This document shows positions 63,132 to 64,000 of a stretch of 64,000 nucleotides of DNA, piece by piece (within the stretch, counting starts at the first letter, position 1; each line of letters begins with the position of its first letter). The DNA is taken from IMG/VR virus record IMGVR_UViG_3300031994_000001, positions 183,799 through 247,798 of that record. One strand, 5' to 3'. The notes under the pieces are model-generated. The model saw only the letters and a program-made list of their open reading frames with translations. It ran no database searches and was not told the origin of the DNA. The position numbers were made by a program, and so were the translations under genes. This DNA is from a virus. Lineage: Duplodnaviria > Heunggongvirae > Uroviricota > Caudoviricetes.

Positions 63132-63410
63132 ATGATTGAACAAGTGTTTAGAATTACTTGCGATTGGTGCGGCGAGCAAACCATTTACAGCATCACGAAA
63201 AGAAAAGATGATGTGTTGGCGGACTATGCAAAACGTTTCCTTTTGTATAAGTTTGTCAATGTGAACCCGCTTGCTGACGAATTGTTTGCCAAAGACCGCC
63301 CTTACGTGGCAAAACACCTTATGTTCTGTTGTGAGAATTGCGCCGAACACTATTTCAACGAATCACCCGAAGAAAGGGGTCATTATAAAATCGTAAACAA
63401 GAAAAAATGA
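63132..63410 (+). CDS. Small Zn-finger-like protein
   Basis: CDWC...FCCENC. Confidence 0.65.
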   Translation: MIEQVFRITCDWCGEQTIYSITKRKDDVLADYAKRFLLYKFVNVNPLADELFAKDRPYVAKHLMFCCENCAEHYFNESPEERGHYKIVNKKK

Positions 63411-63841
63411 AAAACGAGGAAAAAGAACTTTTGGTAAAAGACCTATGTAGCAGGTTGCAACACGGCGTTATGCTGGATGTCACGTTTCACAACGATACTG
63501 ACGAATACACAAACGCATTCACTATGGTCGGTATAATGGAATCCGAAGTGTTGATTGAGCCAGAGTATGATGAGGAAAGTATGGGTATGATGGATACAAG
63601 ACCTATTCGTATTCCGATAGAGGATGTCAGACCTTATCTGCGTCCTATGGATTCTATGACCGAGGATGAGCGTGACGAATATAACGAGCAACACCATTTG
63701 GCGGGTTCGGGCAAATGGCTTGTTTGGGAGGATGAGGTTAATACAAGAACCGACTTTCTCAACGCACACCTTTTAGACCACAGAGGTCTCATTGAAAAAG
63801 GGTTGGCACTTGAAGCACCCAAAGGTATGTACAATTTTTAA
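63407..63841 (+). CDS. YLRPM family paralog 7
   Basis: LLVKDLCSRL, VRPYLRPMDSMT, FLNAHLLDHRGLIEKGLALEAPKGMY. Confidence 0.75.
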   Translation: MKNEEKELLVKDLCSRLQHGVMLDVTFHNDTDEYTNAFTMVGIMESEVLIEPEYDEESMGMMDTRPIRIPIEDVRPYLRPMDSMTEDERDEYNEQHHLAGSGKWLVWEDEVNTRTDFLNAHLLDHRGLIEKGLALEAPKGMYNF

Positions 63842-63851
63842 TCAAACAGAT

Positions 63852-64000
63852 ATGAAAAAAATCGTATTTTTATTGTTAGCGGTCTTTATGTTAGCAGGTT
63901 GCCGACAAGTTGACCATAGTTACAAAGGCAAAGTCCCAACGGGCTGTCAAATTATCATCATTGACGGTTGTGAATATGTTGATTTTGGCTACGGTCTCGC
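63852..64000 (+). CDS. Lipoprotein, 3'-truncated by the window edge
   Basis: MKKIVFLLLAVFMLAGC lipobox; IDGCEY motif. Confidence 0.65.
   Translation, partial: MKKIVFLLLAVFMLAGCRQVDHSYKGKVPTGCQIIIIDGCEYVDFGYGL

Noticed and set aside
1-64000. Stop-codon reassignment (TAG to Gln, as in Lak phages)
   Set aside because: Long conserved genes are intact in code 11, and TAG ends several at natural C-termini (916, 28932, 41015, 49579).

Overview
This window looks like 64 kb of a large T4-like (jumbo-type) lytic phage genome, probably from an anaerobic Bacteroidetes host. Support for the host: TAnnTTTG promoters, A-rich translation starts without Shine-Dalgarno motifs, and a class III RNR. It uses standard genetic code 11. 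About 105 tightly packed CDS lie mostly on the + strand. They include replication genes (clamp loader, putative sliding clamp, UvsW, ATP-dependent DNA ligase, NrdD, Dam-like MTase), GroES, tandem glycosyltransferases and beta-propeller proteins, and an Acb1/gp57B-like 2H phosphoesterase. There is a rich RNA-end-repair toolkit (two RNA ligases, phosphatases, CCA-adding enzyme, Thg1) and several expanded families of small paralogs. The strongest novel signal is four tRNA-shaped ncRNA genes (12969-13134, 41031-41148, 41153-41269, 42886-43014) whose anticodon loop is replaced by a larger insert. Each insert carries a hairpin plus RAGAA-N5-CAGCA motif. The same motif, circularly permuted, sits in the 5' leader of a DUF2828/TROVE(Ro60)-like gene (27412-28932). 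This suggests a phage Ro60-like RNP with tRNA-scaffolded Y-like RNAs and autoregulation (inference). The second strongest is an AT-rich two-gene island: a Zn-finger repeat protein and an SF2 helicase fused to an Rrp8-like methyltransferase, bracketed by a 68-bp duplicated promoter with tandem DnaA-box-like sites. All family assignments come from motif recognition by eye; no database searches were run.
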